DNA of 64,000 nt from the human T2T-CHM13v2.0 reference genome, Homo sapiens, in the NCBI RefSeq assembly GCF_009914755.1, contig NC_060942.1. One strand, given 5' to 3'. Below the pieces are notes generated by a model that worked only from the letters and a program-made list of their open reading frames with translations, searched no databases and was not told where the DNA came from. Position numbers and translations under genes: made by a program. The first letter of the stretch is position 1; the number at the start of each line of letters is the position of its first letter. Positions 14,410-27,439 of this stretch are shown here, one piece after another.

Positions 14410-14610
14410 CATTTGTCCAACCCCATAGAACGTATAAGAGTGAACTCTAATGTAAACCATGGACTTTGCATGACAATGATGTGTCAATGTACATTCATTG
14501 ACTATGACAAATATACCGCTCCAGTTTGGGATGCTGACTAGGGGCAGCCTATGTATATGCAGGAGGAGTGGGTATACACAAAATCTCTCTACATTCTGTT
14601 CAATGTTCAG
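14410..14610 (+). mobile_element. L1MC 3'UTR
   Basis: catttgtccaaccccatagaacg...gagtgaactctaatgtaaaccatggactttg...gatgtgtcaatgta; probably the 3' end of the L1MC starting at ~9430. Confidence 0.8.
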
Positions 14611-14976
14611 TGTTGCTGTGGTAGCATGTGGTGATGTCCCATATGTGAATCTCCCTTCAGAATCCTGATGAAGTCGGAAGTTGATTCCACTCCTGCTGGG
14701 GGTCCATTTCTCCCATAACCTGAACAAAGAGAGCTTGAGCAAGGAATTAAGCTGAAACACCTGGGCTTGTAGCAATGAACCTATTCTTCCTTTATTTCTT
14801 CTATACATCCTTTCTCGTAATACATCCACTTAGATGTATTTTTTTTCGGTTATCTCTTCTATTTAGTCAGCCATTTCCCTGACTTCAGCCCACTGGAAAT
14901 CATTCCTATACAATTAATGACGATATATTTTAGCCATATAAATGAAATCACATTTTTGTTTTGTTTTTCTTTTTGT

Positions 14977-15022
14977 CTGGGGATATTAAAATATCCCCAG
15001 TCGACTATTCAATAGTCGACTG
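14977..15022. repeat. Two overlapping perfect inverted repeats (11-bp and 12-bp arms)
   Basis: ctggggatatt-aa-aatatccccag (14977-15000) and cagtcgactatt-c-aatagtcgactg (14998-15022). Confidence 0.95.
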
Positions 15023-16199
15023 AAGCATCAGAAATCAATTTGCATTAGTCAGGATACTGTGAGAGTGTTTGGGTATAGCTGTTGACAAAATTTATGTCAA
15101 ATAGCAAGATAGGAATTATGATACCTGCATTTATTTCTGTTCCAGTCATTATTGAATAGTGATATGACAAATATGCTGCCGAACTTTTCCTACAACTGAT
15201 AATAACCCAAGTAGCTAATGATATCAAAAGTGCCCACTAGCATTCATAGCTTATAGACGTGGGGTTCCAGGCTCATTCTCTTCTGATAATGGGATAGGTA
15301 AAGAATAGATCAAGAGGCCAAGTTAGATAATTTTAAGGAGCATTTGGTTTACATGTGGTTGAAGTACACAACCAGGTTAAAATCCTGATAACAACAACAA
15401 TAGTAACATCCAGAACAATAATGGATGTAACAAAAAAAATTATGACCTGAGCCAGACATTCCTTTCCCTGTGGTACATCATGTAATTCTCACATTCTCAA
15501 AGGTCTGTGTCTAGGCAGGAACCAATGTGGCTGGGCTCCATTCATTCCCAGTAACGCAGACACCCCTGCAGGGAGTGGGACCTCGCACAGTGATAGATCC
15601 TGGGGTGCTGGGTGATGGATCTATTACTTTGGTACAATCTAAGTGATTGATTTTAAGTTAGATTGATTTAGATTGATTCCCACGGTCTTCACCCCCACCC
15701 CGCCCCCCAACAAGCTTTTTTTTTTCTTGTCACTGTTGGGTTTCATTATTACTATTTGATATTTTAATGTTTGAAGTCATCATGGAACCTACAGTCTTGT
15801 GGGGCAAGAGTGACCAGTATGTAAACAAATGCATAAGACAAGGTTAATGACAAGAGTGACACTGAAGCCGGACACATTTCTCCACAGCCTACTCTTGCTC
15901 TCCCAACAGCTACTTCTGTGTTTGGATCAAGGCAAACAAGAGAAGTATCTTTGAAGACTTTTCTTTAATGTAGTATGGGCTGTAACTCTCTTTGCCTCTG
16001 CCTTCTCTGTCTTTTTTTTTGTTAGTTTTGTGATAACATTTATTGTGTGTGACTTTGATGCTGTCTCCAGAAAAATGTGCCAAAATTTATGGCTTGCTAG
16101 TGATGTCTCTGTTCTCTATCTTGTTTTGAATTTGGTGGGATATTGGGCGAAAAGGGTAAAAAATGAGTGCACTTACTCTGCTATTTTGATCCAGATGGG

Positions 16200-16550
16200 G
16201 TACATCCATCTTTGCATTCTTATCAATTTTTCCCCCTTAGGATCAATTACTAAAAATGGAATTTCCAGGTCAAAGGGATGAGCTCTCTAAAAGTGTTTGA
16301 TACATATTGCTAAAATGTTCTCCATAAAGGTTATATCAATTTATTTTCTCGAGGTATGATGTGGTATGAAGTATGATTTCTTACACTTCTGCATCAACGC
16401 CGTGTGTTCTCTTAAAAAGGGTTTTCACCAAACTCTTACGTAAATATCTCGTTATTATCTGCATTTATTTCATTGTTTGTGAAATTGATCACATGTAACA
16501 TATTTTAAAATCATTTATAAATGTCCTTTTCATATTATTTGCACATTAAA
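16200..16550 (-). mobile_element. Old L1 (L1ME-like) fragment, probably continuing at ~17400-17660
   Basis: ttaggatcaattactaaaaatggaatttccaggtcaaagggatg...gatacatattgctaaaatgttctccataaaggttatatcaattt. Confidence 0.55.
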
Positions 16551-16687
16551 AAATTATGGCTTAGTGGACTAAAATAAAAATTGTATTGTCACAAAATGTT
16601 TTTCTGGGTTTGAAGTTCACTCTTAAAGTTTCTTTGGATGGATTATTTTGTCATTCATTTATTTAAAAGTACTTATTGGTCTCCTTC

Positions 16688-17341
16688 TGAATGGAAGCAG
16701 AATGCTAAGATGCCCCCAGCATCCCCACCCTCTAGACAGGTTCTGGATAATCGTCTCCCCTGGAGTGTGGGTGGAGCTTGTCACCCTCACATAATTTTGC
16801 TCCCGTAAATATTTTATGGCAAAGTGAAGGGCTTTTGCAGATGTATTTAAGGTTCTTAATTAGTTGACTCAGTCTGGGTTGGCCTGACATAATCAGGTAA
16901 ATCCTTTAAAAGAGAGCTCAGGCCTTCCCTGAAGAGAGATTCTAAGTAATAGATTCTCCTGCGGCCTTGAAGAAGCAAACAGCCGTGTTTGAATTGTCTG
17001 CAGAGAGGGACACGTAGTGAGGACCTGAGAGAGACTCCTGGGAAGCGAGGGGTTCCTAGATGACAGCTGGTAAGAAAATGGGGGCCTTGGCTAGACGACA
17101 GGGATGTGAATTCTGCCAACCATCTGCGGGAACTTAGAAGTGGGTCTTTTTTCTAGTGCAGCTTCAGGATGAGGATCAGCCAGGCAACACCAAGATTTCA
17201 GCCTGGGGAAATGCTGAGCGGAGGCCCTAAGTGGAATGCATCAAATTCATGACTCACAAAAATCGTGAGATAGTAAATTTTTGTTCTTTTAAGGCATTCA
17301 GTCTGTGGTAATGTGTTACTCAGCAGTGGAAAATGAACACA
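16688..17341 (+). mobile_element. MLT1E-like MaLR solo LTR
   Basis: Start gcagaatgctaagatgccccc; internal gcagatgtatttaaggttc and ggccttgaagaagcaaacagcc; end ttttaaggcattcagtctgtggtaatgtgttactcagcagtggaaaatgaacaca. Confidence 0.85.
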
Positions 17342-18027
17342 CCCTGTATGACAAGCACCAGTGGTACTCCCCGACTTGAAAGAGATGCGTCTCATCGGAG
17401 CCATGGCCTTTACGGCTTTGGCTTTGATGTCATGTTTGAAGACACTTTGTCCTCACTCCAAACTTTTGTAATTATTTACCCCATAATTTATTATTATTTT
17501 TATAGTTTCACTTTTACATGAATATCTTAAAATTCAACTGGAACTTATTTTCCTTGAAGGTATAAGACATCTAACGTTTTTTTTCCCTTTGCAATTAGTC
17601 TGTTGTCTGAAGAACATTTTTTGAATAAACCACCTACTCCTCATTGATTTGGCAAGTATCTTGGTTTAGAAGTACAGTCACTTATTTCTAGTAAGATATT
17701 ATTTATGAAATACCAATTTGGGCCATGGGTTAAGAACGGTTTAGTGCTGATTACTTCATTATTATAAATTATGACCCAAGAGACAATGCAAGGAGCATAA
17801 AGATATAGTCATATTATCCCTTGCATTTGACATCTTGCTTTTTTTGTCCAGGTAACCATATATTTGAAATGGTTTTGTATGAACCAACTAACTAAAATAA
17901 AACACTTTTAACCATTGGCTAAAGTGATTTCAATTGTATAGGTTGCTTACATTTTCTAAAAAAGACGTTTTCCTTCAAATCAACAGCAAGAATGATTAAA
18001 ACCTGGTGTATATTTTTAATAATGTGT

Positions 18028-18142
18028 GACTAGACTATAAATTCTTTGAGGACAAGGACTATGTCTGAATCATGCATTTGTTTCTAGTATCTAGTACAAC
18101 CATGTTTAATAGTATTAGCTTAATAATTTCTAAATGACTGAA
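18028..18142 (+). mobile_element. L2 3' end
   Basis: ctagactataaattctttgaggacaaggactatgtctg...aaatgactgaat. Confidence 0.65.
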
Positions 18143-19518
18143 TTATTTTAGCTATACTAATGCTGCTATGAATTTTATAGTGCTGGTGTATGCATTATTT
18201 TCTGTTAATCAGTGATGGTAAGAATGCAACCAAGTAAAACAGTCAATTTGGACTTTAATCATTAAAAATAAATACATTTGTTTAAAATTAAATTTAAGCA
18301 TTCTTGTACAAAATAATTCTTAGAGCTCTTTAAGATAGTCTTTGATACTTTTTGTTTTGTCAATGAGTAGATCTCACCGTTGTCTAGCATATCAAACTCA
18401 CCTTCCTTACCTTACGTGGCTCTAATTCTTTCCTACATTGCTTATCATTATCTCTATCCCCTTTCTTTGTCTCTGTCTGTCTTTAATCAATCTAGTCTTC
18501 AGTATTGTCTTGGTGGGAAAATTCTCCGAAATATTATCCTGAAAACTTTTAGAATCAAGAGATTTTACAATGTACACTCTGTAAACAAAAACAGTATGAT
18601 GAATTATATATTCTGAATACCAATGGGCTGACATTTCCAAAACAAATATTAAAATATTAATGGAGCTGTGTTTTGTGTCTTCCTCTATATCAAATGCAAT
18701 TGTGTTTTTGTTGGACACTACTCTTTATTTTCCTGCGCAAGTCATCTTTTATCTTTGCAGGGCTGAATATGAGTCTAAAGGTGTCCACTTGCTTATTAAT
18801 GAGGAAAATGTACTGAGAAAGAGGAAGAAGCATTCAAAATTTTGGGAATGTTTTGTGGTTTGTGGTGGGGCATGATGCTGGTGAGGAGGAGCGACCAAAG
18901 GAATGAGCATTCGTTGAAGATGCCTTCAGATGGCTTATGATTTTACTTTCTTTTTTATCTGTGCCAAATAAATACGTGTATTATTTATGGGGAAAAGTGG
19001 GAAAATGGGGACAGGTTCAAAAATATGTTCGATTACTTACTTTGCTTTTTTTTGTAAGCACAAAAGTCATTAAGTAGGCTGGCATTGGTTGTTGTGGAAT
19101 ATTGGCCCTACAAGTAAGTGGGATGGTTTAGAATACACATTAGTAATAAACCTAGGTTTGTTACAGTCAGCATTTCTCAAGCCTGTTTGACCACAGACCA
19201 TATATTTTTCAACACATCTGTTAGTATTCTCTGGGTCCAGTGTTCCAGGATATATAACTTCCTGGAATGCAGGTATACAGCAGACCTGCACCAAACTCAG
19301 AGTCCATCCCTGATAATGCAGTTTCCCTTGTGTGTGCACAGCGTATACAGACATGTACACACCTCTCACGAGGAGAGTTTGGAGTCCTGTTTTAAATACT
19401 TCTTAGTAAATAATTTTCTCTGGCTTTTATTTTTGAAATATTTCCACAAATGTCCTTATATTTGCAAAATTGTCCTCGACAGACATCCTCACTCTATTTG
19501 ATCACCCCCTTTTCACCC

Positions 19519-19995
19519 TGTTGTGGGAGAAAGGATCCCCCACTCTAAACAGTAGGAGATGGCTGGACACATGACACCCAAGACCCGATGGGGAAAATTA
19601 AACAGAAGTTTATTAATTAAACCTACTCAGGGCCCCAGGAGAAGACATTGCACACAACACAGGGCCACGCAGGGACTGCACTCAACAGCAGAGACTCCAG
19701 CAGAACAAGCAGGGGCTTTGTAGTAACAAGAGGTGGGGTGCCCCCTGGTTTCCGTGGGGAGGTGGGATTGTGTGCAGAACTCTGTGCACTGGCAGGGAAG
19801 TGAAACCTGTTAGTTCAGTGGGGGGACCAGTGGGGTGGGGCTCTTTCAGTTGACAGGGGAATTAGTTGGATGGGGTCTTTCTCATTGTGTGGGGGCCTTT
19901 CTGGCCAGAGCAGGGATGCTCATGGTTAAGCTTCTGGGGCCCCAGGAGGCTTAGAGATGCCAGGGCAGCACATGAATTCTAGGCCTTCCAACGCC
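19519..19995 (-). mobile_element. ERVL LTR, MER74-like
   Basis: Reverse complement begins aaggcctagaattcatgtgctgccctggcatc (MER74-type start); tttatt (AATAAA on the minus strand) ~19609. Confidence 0.7.
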
Positions 19996-22684
19996 ACCTC
20001 CTGCAAGTGCCTCAAGGTCTGTGTTTGGTGTGTTCTGGGTGCGGCTGGGCAGCTCGCCTCTCCTTATCCATGGCAGATGCCTCTGACCCATGGCGTCAGC
20101 TTCTCTCCGTATCAGATCTCAGTGTCGATTCACTTGGTATTCAAAGCCAGATTGATTTTTATCCAACATAGCATTCTGGTACTCCCCTGGTGTGGCTCCT
20201 TGCTATTGCAATTGATGGTGGCTATTATACTTGATTCATTACATGCCATTGATCTTCGAAATTTTGATTAATGACAGGGAAACCTAAAAAGTTCAGAGTT
20301 TGGCTTTGGTTCAAATGAGCACCCGGAAGTTCAAATGCTTAATTCAAACTAAGACTCTTGGATAAGTAAATGTGGTTATGCAAAATTAGTCTGAAAAATC
20401 TCCTGGAAACAGTCCCTCTCTTGGAAATTTCTGGTATTTCCTTCTACTTAGGCCATGGACCATAAATACTATGAAGACTTTTTCTTTCTTTTGTTCTGCT
20501 CACTTACTGCTGGCCATAGCCCAGGTTCTTAGGTTTTTGGGAATAGGTAGCAAATCATGGGGAGAGTTCAGGGTGGCATTGTTAGATCACCAGCAGTGCA
20601 TGCATTTCCCATGCACCTGGGCATACAGAGACACAAGCCCATCAGGTCCCAGGGTTCAGAGTAGAGATACCTGTTTTTCCCTGGAAAACTGACTTCTTTT
20701 TCAGATCCATGAGAGCATGCTAATACCATGTGAATAAACAAGTGTCACCTAGACAAAGCAACGAGTTGACAAATGACAGTGGGAGAAATTCCCTCCAAAA
20801 CGTACAGTTAACTCTTCTCAGCTCTCCTTGCTTAATTCAGCCAGGCAGCCCTGAGTAACAGAGGGTCTGAGGGCTGCACTAAAGGCCGGTGGAGATGCTA
20901 GCTCTCAGGTCCACAGGGAAAGACTCTCCAGAGAAAGGGCTCTTGAATGAGGACATTCGAGGACCTTACCTACTCCAACCTTACCTCCCAATACAGTCCC
21001 TCTAAATTCAGTCTGAGGGTTCACTTGGCATGCTGACAGTTTTGGGAGGTACCAGGCTAGATATGGCAGAATACAGTTCCATGAGGCTCATCCGGAACTG
21101 ATGCCAATCTATGGTTTGTTTCTAGTCAGTGACTCATTTCAATTTCTTTGAGAACACAATGTATAAAACAATGTGTTCATTATAATGAGAGATTCTATTT
21201 GGATTTGGATTATCCTGAGAATATTTAGAAAAACCAAATTAAAACTTCTGACATTGGATGTGTGCATGTGTTTTAGGTAAGTTGCAGATCCCAGGAAACA
21301 TTAAAATAAGCACTGAGCATCAACTCTGCAGCTCAGAATTCTGGGAGAGATTTCGCTCAGGTCTTCACTCTGGGCGGACAGCTCATCTGGATGTTAATGA
21401 TGGCTTGTTCACACCTGGACATAGCATAAGAGACCTGCTAATTATTCATGCTGTCCCAAATTACAAAACTATTGTAAGTAAAACAAAACCCAAAGCCTCC
21501 AGTGTCTGAAGAGTGAAAAAGGAGACCCCATTCGAACAGCACACATTATTATGGTATTTATAATATTGTTACATAATAACCAAGTTAGGGTTCAAATTTT
21601 TAATTAAACAATAAAACATAGTAACTTTGGATTTTAGTTACATGTTCTTTTAGTAGAAAAGACACAAATGTATTACTCCACTATCAATTCGTAAATTGAT
21701 TGACTAGAGAGTTATTATGAAAGACCAGTAGAAAATTTTGTTACATTGACTTTATTTAATAACTTAGTTTTAATAGTTTTGAATTTAAAAGTTAATGTTT
21801 AAAAGCCATATATTTCTAGTTTATTATTTTTATAAGCATAACGATTTAGAATTTTCTTTCTCAATATATATTATATGTTTATTTTGTATGAAAGTATAAT
21901 AATTTTTAAGTATAAGGGCTTCGGAAGTTAACACACGGGCAAGCACCTAAATAGAGATTTCCATGCTACTTATTCGGTGGGTTCTGTTCAATTATGTTGA
22001 TATCATTTTGATTAATTTATTAGACTTTTCCTTTTTCTTAGGTCTTTCCATGGTAGAATTTATTTCAGTAAGTGGATTCTTACTAGATTGACATGTAGCC
22101 ATTTTTTACACAAAATTCTGCCCTATCAGGTGCTAATATGGAACGTGGATAGTAAATATTAATGTTTTCTAAAACTCTCATCTCTGTCTCTCTACATCTG
22201 AACCTTTAAGATGCATTGGTGTCAGTGGAGGAATTGTGTGACCTTACTTGCTTTCGTTTAGAACGCTTGTTTCCCTACCTAACACGACTCACAGTGGCCT
22301 TGTGATTAGCACTTGCATGTGTATCTGCAGTGAGTTCAGGCAGGTCCCCCGGTGCTCAGGAAAGCTTGCTTTGCCTTGCACCCATGCAGGGGTCTCGCTT
22401 CAGCCAATTGCCCTTTGGCCCTGCCTTTCTTGCTGACTTTTCCGGGTACTGACCTGGCAAGCAGTGGACGTCCAGGCAGGAAAGAAGCTGCGAGAAAAAC
22501 ACACAGGAAGGAGCCTCTGGGTGGAGGCAATGTCACCAAATACGAGTAGCCCCTTTAAAATGGAAAATGTGGTTTCTCCAATGTAACTTTCAGAGTAAAA
22601 TTTAAACGTGAAGAAATAGATGGCTTAGATAGCAACTACATCCTTGTTTCCAAGCTATTCCCTGGAAGTACCGATGGCTTTTAA

Positions 22685-23218
<534 letters not shown>

Positions 23219-24024
23219 TAAATCAAGTGACACTCCTGAAATACATGATGGGTGAGTCTGTAGCAGCTTTGTTTGTGCAATGCTGCGTTAAAAGAGCTGT
23301 AGCTCACACAGTGAGCTTTTTATATTCTCCTGGAGGGTCTCTAAAGAGAGGAAAAATAGAATTGATCAAGAATTTGGTGTCTAAATATTTTAACTCTTTG
23401 TAGAAGCCAACGTAGTATGAATATTCTTAACTTTGGTAATTCGGTAAAAACATTTGGTAATAGTTTCCAGGAAACTTAAAGTGTTTTCAGAAAACGTAGA
23501 TGCCAGTAATGGGGAATTGATTAGATAGCTGAGGAGCCACACTCAAGAAATGGTTCTAGGTGCCACGAAAGCCATAATTTTACAGATGATTTACAGCCTA
23601 AGAAGCAGGAAGATGGTATACCGGATGACTTCAGCTCCTTTCAACCATGACTGTGGGAGGGAATTCAGCAGAAAAGGCTTCCAGGGGCAGAAAGCAGGCA
23701 TGGAAAGGCTGAGCCTCTCCCTCCTCCCAGCTCTCCTTTCCTCTCCACCCCTTCGACGCCCCACCTCCCACCTGATGCACCGTTGAAATGTACGTCTGTT
23801 TTGACACTTCTGGAGTCATTGCTACAACTTTAACCCTGACTGTCATTCCAAAGCTCAAAAAATGTGTTTATCCACTGATTCTGGGTTGAGACTGTGAGTT
23901 TGGATTAACAGCAATAGGAGATGAATGAGCGACATCTCTAAACCTCACAGCACCCTAAGGCGCTCCATGTATTCATATTTCTAATGACCAGTGTATATGT
24001 GGTTTTGTCTAATAAAATACTTAC

Positions 24025-24055
24025 CTATATCTTTCCATAAACAGCTGTTTTGCTT
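24025..24055 (-). other. Candidate 31-nt exon
   Basis: Minus strand: pyrimidine tract tttttcatttctaccacacctttttAG, exon AAGCAAAACAGCTGTTTATGGAAAGATATAG, donor GTAAGTAT (perfect U1 match). No transcript evidence. Confidence 0.3.
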
Positions 24056-26721
24056 CTAAAAAGGTGTGGTAGAAATGAAAAACCCAGCTCCCCTTGACGG
24101 GATGGCTGGCCTAGTGTAAAGCAGTCCCTGGCTAGCTTAGTCTCTGAGCAATGGGTCTCCATTAGTGTTTTCTGTGATTCTAAGGATTTGGCTCATGCTG
24201 TGTGTTTCTTAACTGACATTAGTCACATCTACCCTTACACAGTGAGTCTGTTTTATGTAATTTCACATTAAAAATTCAGGGTGCTAGAAGGAATTGTCTT
24301 GGTTTGGTTTCCTGATCATCATGGATTCTCCCAGAATTTCTCCTCTCCCTTTCAACTACTATATAAAAGTTTCTTTTTCCAGCATCAGTGTGACAGTGAA
24401 CTCTGCCACAGAATGATTTGCATAGGAATTATTACACTCAAACCTTGAAACAAAGCTGAGGGAGCTTAAAATATCACTTCCAGTACCTGCTATCACATGT
24501 ATATAATTAAAAACCAAACATTTCTTTTTTTCATATCACTGATAGAACAAAACAACATAGTGTAGATCCAGTTTGTTAGAAACCGCAGAAGATGGTCACA
24601 CACCATTGCATTAAGCCTTTGTCCTGCTAAGAAAACTTTATATATAATAAATATAAAGTATAAAAGACAACCTGGGTTAAAGAAACAAATCCAGGAGCTG
24701 TTTTCCAAAGTCATCTGGGCCATATTCCTGCAGACAGGAGGGTCTCCCTCTCAAGCTGGTATTTCTGTCTCCAAGGAAGAAATGCCCCTCCACATATTTG
24801 AGAGTGCATTTAGGTGCAATAACCTGGACTAGATAGCCCTTGGATGAAGGATAATGGAATTGTTTTGTATGATCTGAATTTAGAAAAAGGACCACATACC
24901 TCATCTTTAATAAGAAGAAAAGCAACGATAGGTTTAGTTTTGTACTACAACGTAACAGAAAGATCTTCTAACAATGTCCTGCGGCTTTCTGGTTTCTCCA
25001 AGCAGGAAGTGTTGTCTGGGAATGAGAGCTACTCTGGACATTGCATTTGACTCATTTAGGCTGCTACCCACTTAAAGCATCTTTCTAATCAAAGCAGAGT
25101 CTGGGATTAAAGGGACTAAAAAAGCCATCAGTCCACCTGACTCAGTGTCTGAATCCACAGAAAAATTTGCCAAGTTTAGATACTAGAGCAGAGATTGTTT
25201 ATACATTACAAGTTGTCTGAATTGATAAGTTATAAAGGAATTAGTAAGATGTAAACAACTTCACTCAGGTTCCCCCTCCCACCTCACTGAATACGTAGTG
25301 AAGATTGAATCGTCGTAAGTTGTCTCAAGAATAGATTTCATTACAATGTGAATTTGAATGGTGTGACTGATTTATGGTACTGCTGATTTAGAGCTTTTTT
25401 ATATTGCTCGGGTGGTCCGTCTGGCTAGCTTTCAAATTCAAAGTTTTATCTTTACTTTGGTTTGTGTGAGCTACTTTATTCCTGGAACATCAAAGGTAAC
25501 ATTTTAATCAAAAATAAAGGAAAACAGTATCATGTGATTTCTATACAAATAAAAAAAAGAAAGAAAGGCATATTCATCAACATAAAAGTCAATACTAAGA
25601 GAAAACTGGAACTTCCTAGCATTCATGCATTTTAAGAGAAAAAGAGAAGACTTTTAGAAAGAAAAGCTTTATGAAATAAACATACTTGAGAATATTAAAG
25701 AAACAAAGCTTTACCAATGAGCTAGGAAAAATTTAAGATTATAAATAAAATATATTTTGTGAAACTGAGATTAAGAAAGTAGAATGTGACTTTATTCACT
25801 TTTCTAGGTCTTTCAAATACTAAGCAAATTTTATTTCTATATTCATTCATATAAGGTCAATATTAAATTATATTCTATTTTCAATTCATTTATGAGTGTG
25901 TGAGTGTGTTTCGTGGGTAAAATGTGGTATTGCCAATATTGAACTCATGTAATTCCTTTAGTGGTTTTGGAAGTTTGGGACGGATAAAGTAATTGCTACT
26001 TTAAAATTGAATTTAAAACTTAAATTTGCTTGAATTTAAAATTGCTTGGTGCAGTGTCTTCCTTTAGAAATGGCTTTCTAACTAGAGTTGTTGTCATCCA
26101 AAAAAGAAGGTGCGCAATGCCATATTCGAGTGTTTGAGGCTGCAGAAATTCACAAAATATTGGCCTGAGGTTTGAATTAATAAGACCAGTGAACACATTT
26201 TTAATCACATTATTTGCCTGACCTTGGGTAACAGATTCCTAAAAACATAGCCTTAATGTTAAGTTTGTTTCTACTTGGGGGAATAGAAAAAAAAAGTTAG
26301 CATTTACACTTTTTATGAAAAATCCAATGTAAATCATTTTGAAACAAAAAGTGGGATAAAGACTTACAGTTAAATGAGGCGATGCTTGCATAACATTTCA
26401 TAAATGTCACGTCTTTATTCTCATGAATGACCTTCTAATCAATAGGTTTACAGTTCTGACCAGTTTATAGATTCCACATTTTTCTGCTGGGGAGCTTCAT
26501 GAATTGATGATGGGTGACCTAGTTTTTTATAAGAAGATCCAGGGGGCTCCCTTTGTGCTCCCATCCAGAGGCTGTGAGCCTCTGAGCCACTCAAGTACTC
26601 ATACCAGTACGGTCAGCTGCAAATTGTAATTGGTAATTTACACACTGATATCTCCAGAAAAAGTACTGACAAGAGGTTTTAAATCCAAAATATTAATACT
26701 TCCTTGCTGATAAAAGCACTA

Positions 26722-26868
26722 AGAGGAAGAGGAGAAGAAGATGATGAAGAAACAAGAGGAGGATGAAGAGGATGAGGAGGAGGAGGTGGAGGAGGAGGAG
26801 AGGATGAAGCAGAAGAAAGAGGAGGAGGAAGAGAGGGAAGATGAAGGAGTAGGAGAAGGAGAAGGGAG
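26722..26868. repeat. (GGA/GAA)n purine-rich low-complexity tract
   Basis: agaggaagaggagaagaagatgatgaagaaacaagaggaggatgaagaggatgaggaggaggagg... Confidence 0.9.
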
Positions 26869-27257
26869 ACGATGTAAACCTTTCTGAATGTCATGTAAGA
26901 TTCTACTTGGCTTTCAGTGAAAAACATTGTATGTTAATTTTGCTAGGTGAATAAACATAGCTTTGCTTACATGTGTCTTTTCATCTAGTTATAGAGTGTC
27001 ACTTCTTGAGGGAGGTGAAGAGATGAATAAGGAACTTCACACAATTGAGGTCCTAGAACCAAATAACACCATTAAACTGTGCAATTGCAAAAGCTGCTTA
27101 TAATGCTTTCTGTAAGTTATGCTTCTAAAAATATATTTTGCAGATGTCTCCAGGTATTGTATTCTTTATAATAGCAGTCATAACTCTTTTCTTCTATATC
27201 TAAATCATTACATCAAGGATGTAGTTACCATTGAGCTTTGGGGAGCACTGAGGGGTC

Positions 27258-27439
27258 CAATGCTTTGCTACTCAAAGAGTGGTCATTGGACCAGCAGCAG
27301 CAGCAGCAGCAGCAGCATCCAGGAGCTTGTTAAAAACAGAGACTGTTAGGCCCTTCCTTTCTCTGTGGAAACAGAATATGTGTTTTAACAGGGTTCCTTT
27401 TGGGTGATTCATGAGCTCATCAATGTTTCAGAAACACTG
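27258..27439. mobile_element. MER5A-like hAT-Charlie MITE containing (CAG)8
   Basis: tgctactcaaagagtggtc...ggaccagcagc...ggagcttgttaaaaac...gtgattcatgagctcatcaatgtttcagaaacactg; pure CAG run 27292-27315. Confidence 0.8.

Noticed and set aside
24017-24026. U1 snRNA pseudogene (ATACTTACCT)
   Set aside because: Match stops after 10 nt; better read as a minus-strand splice donor
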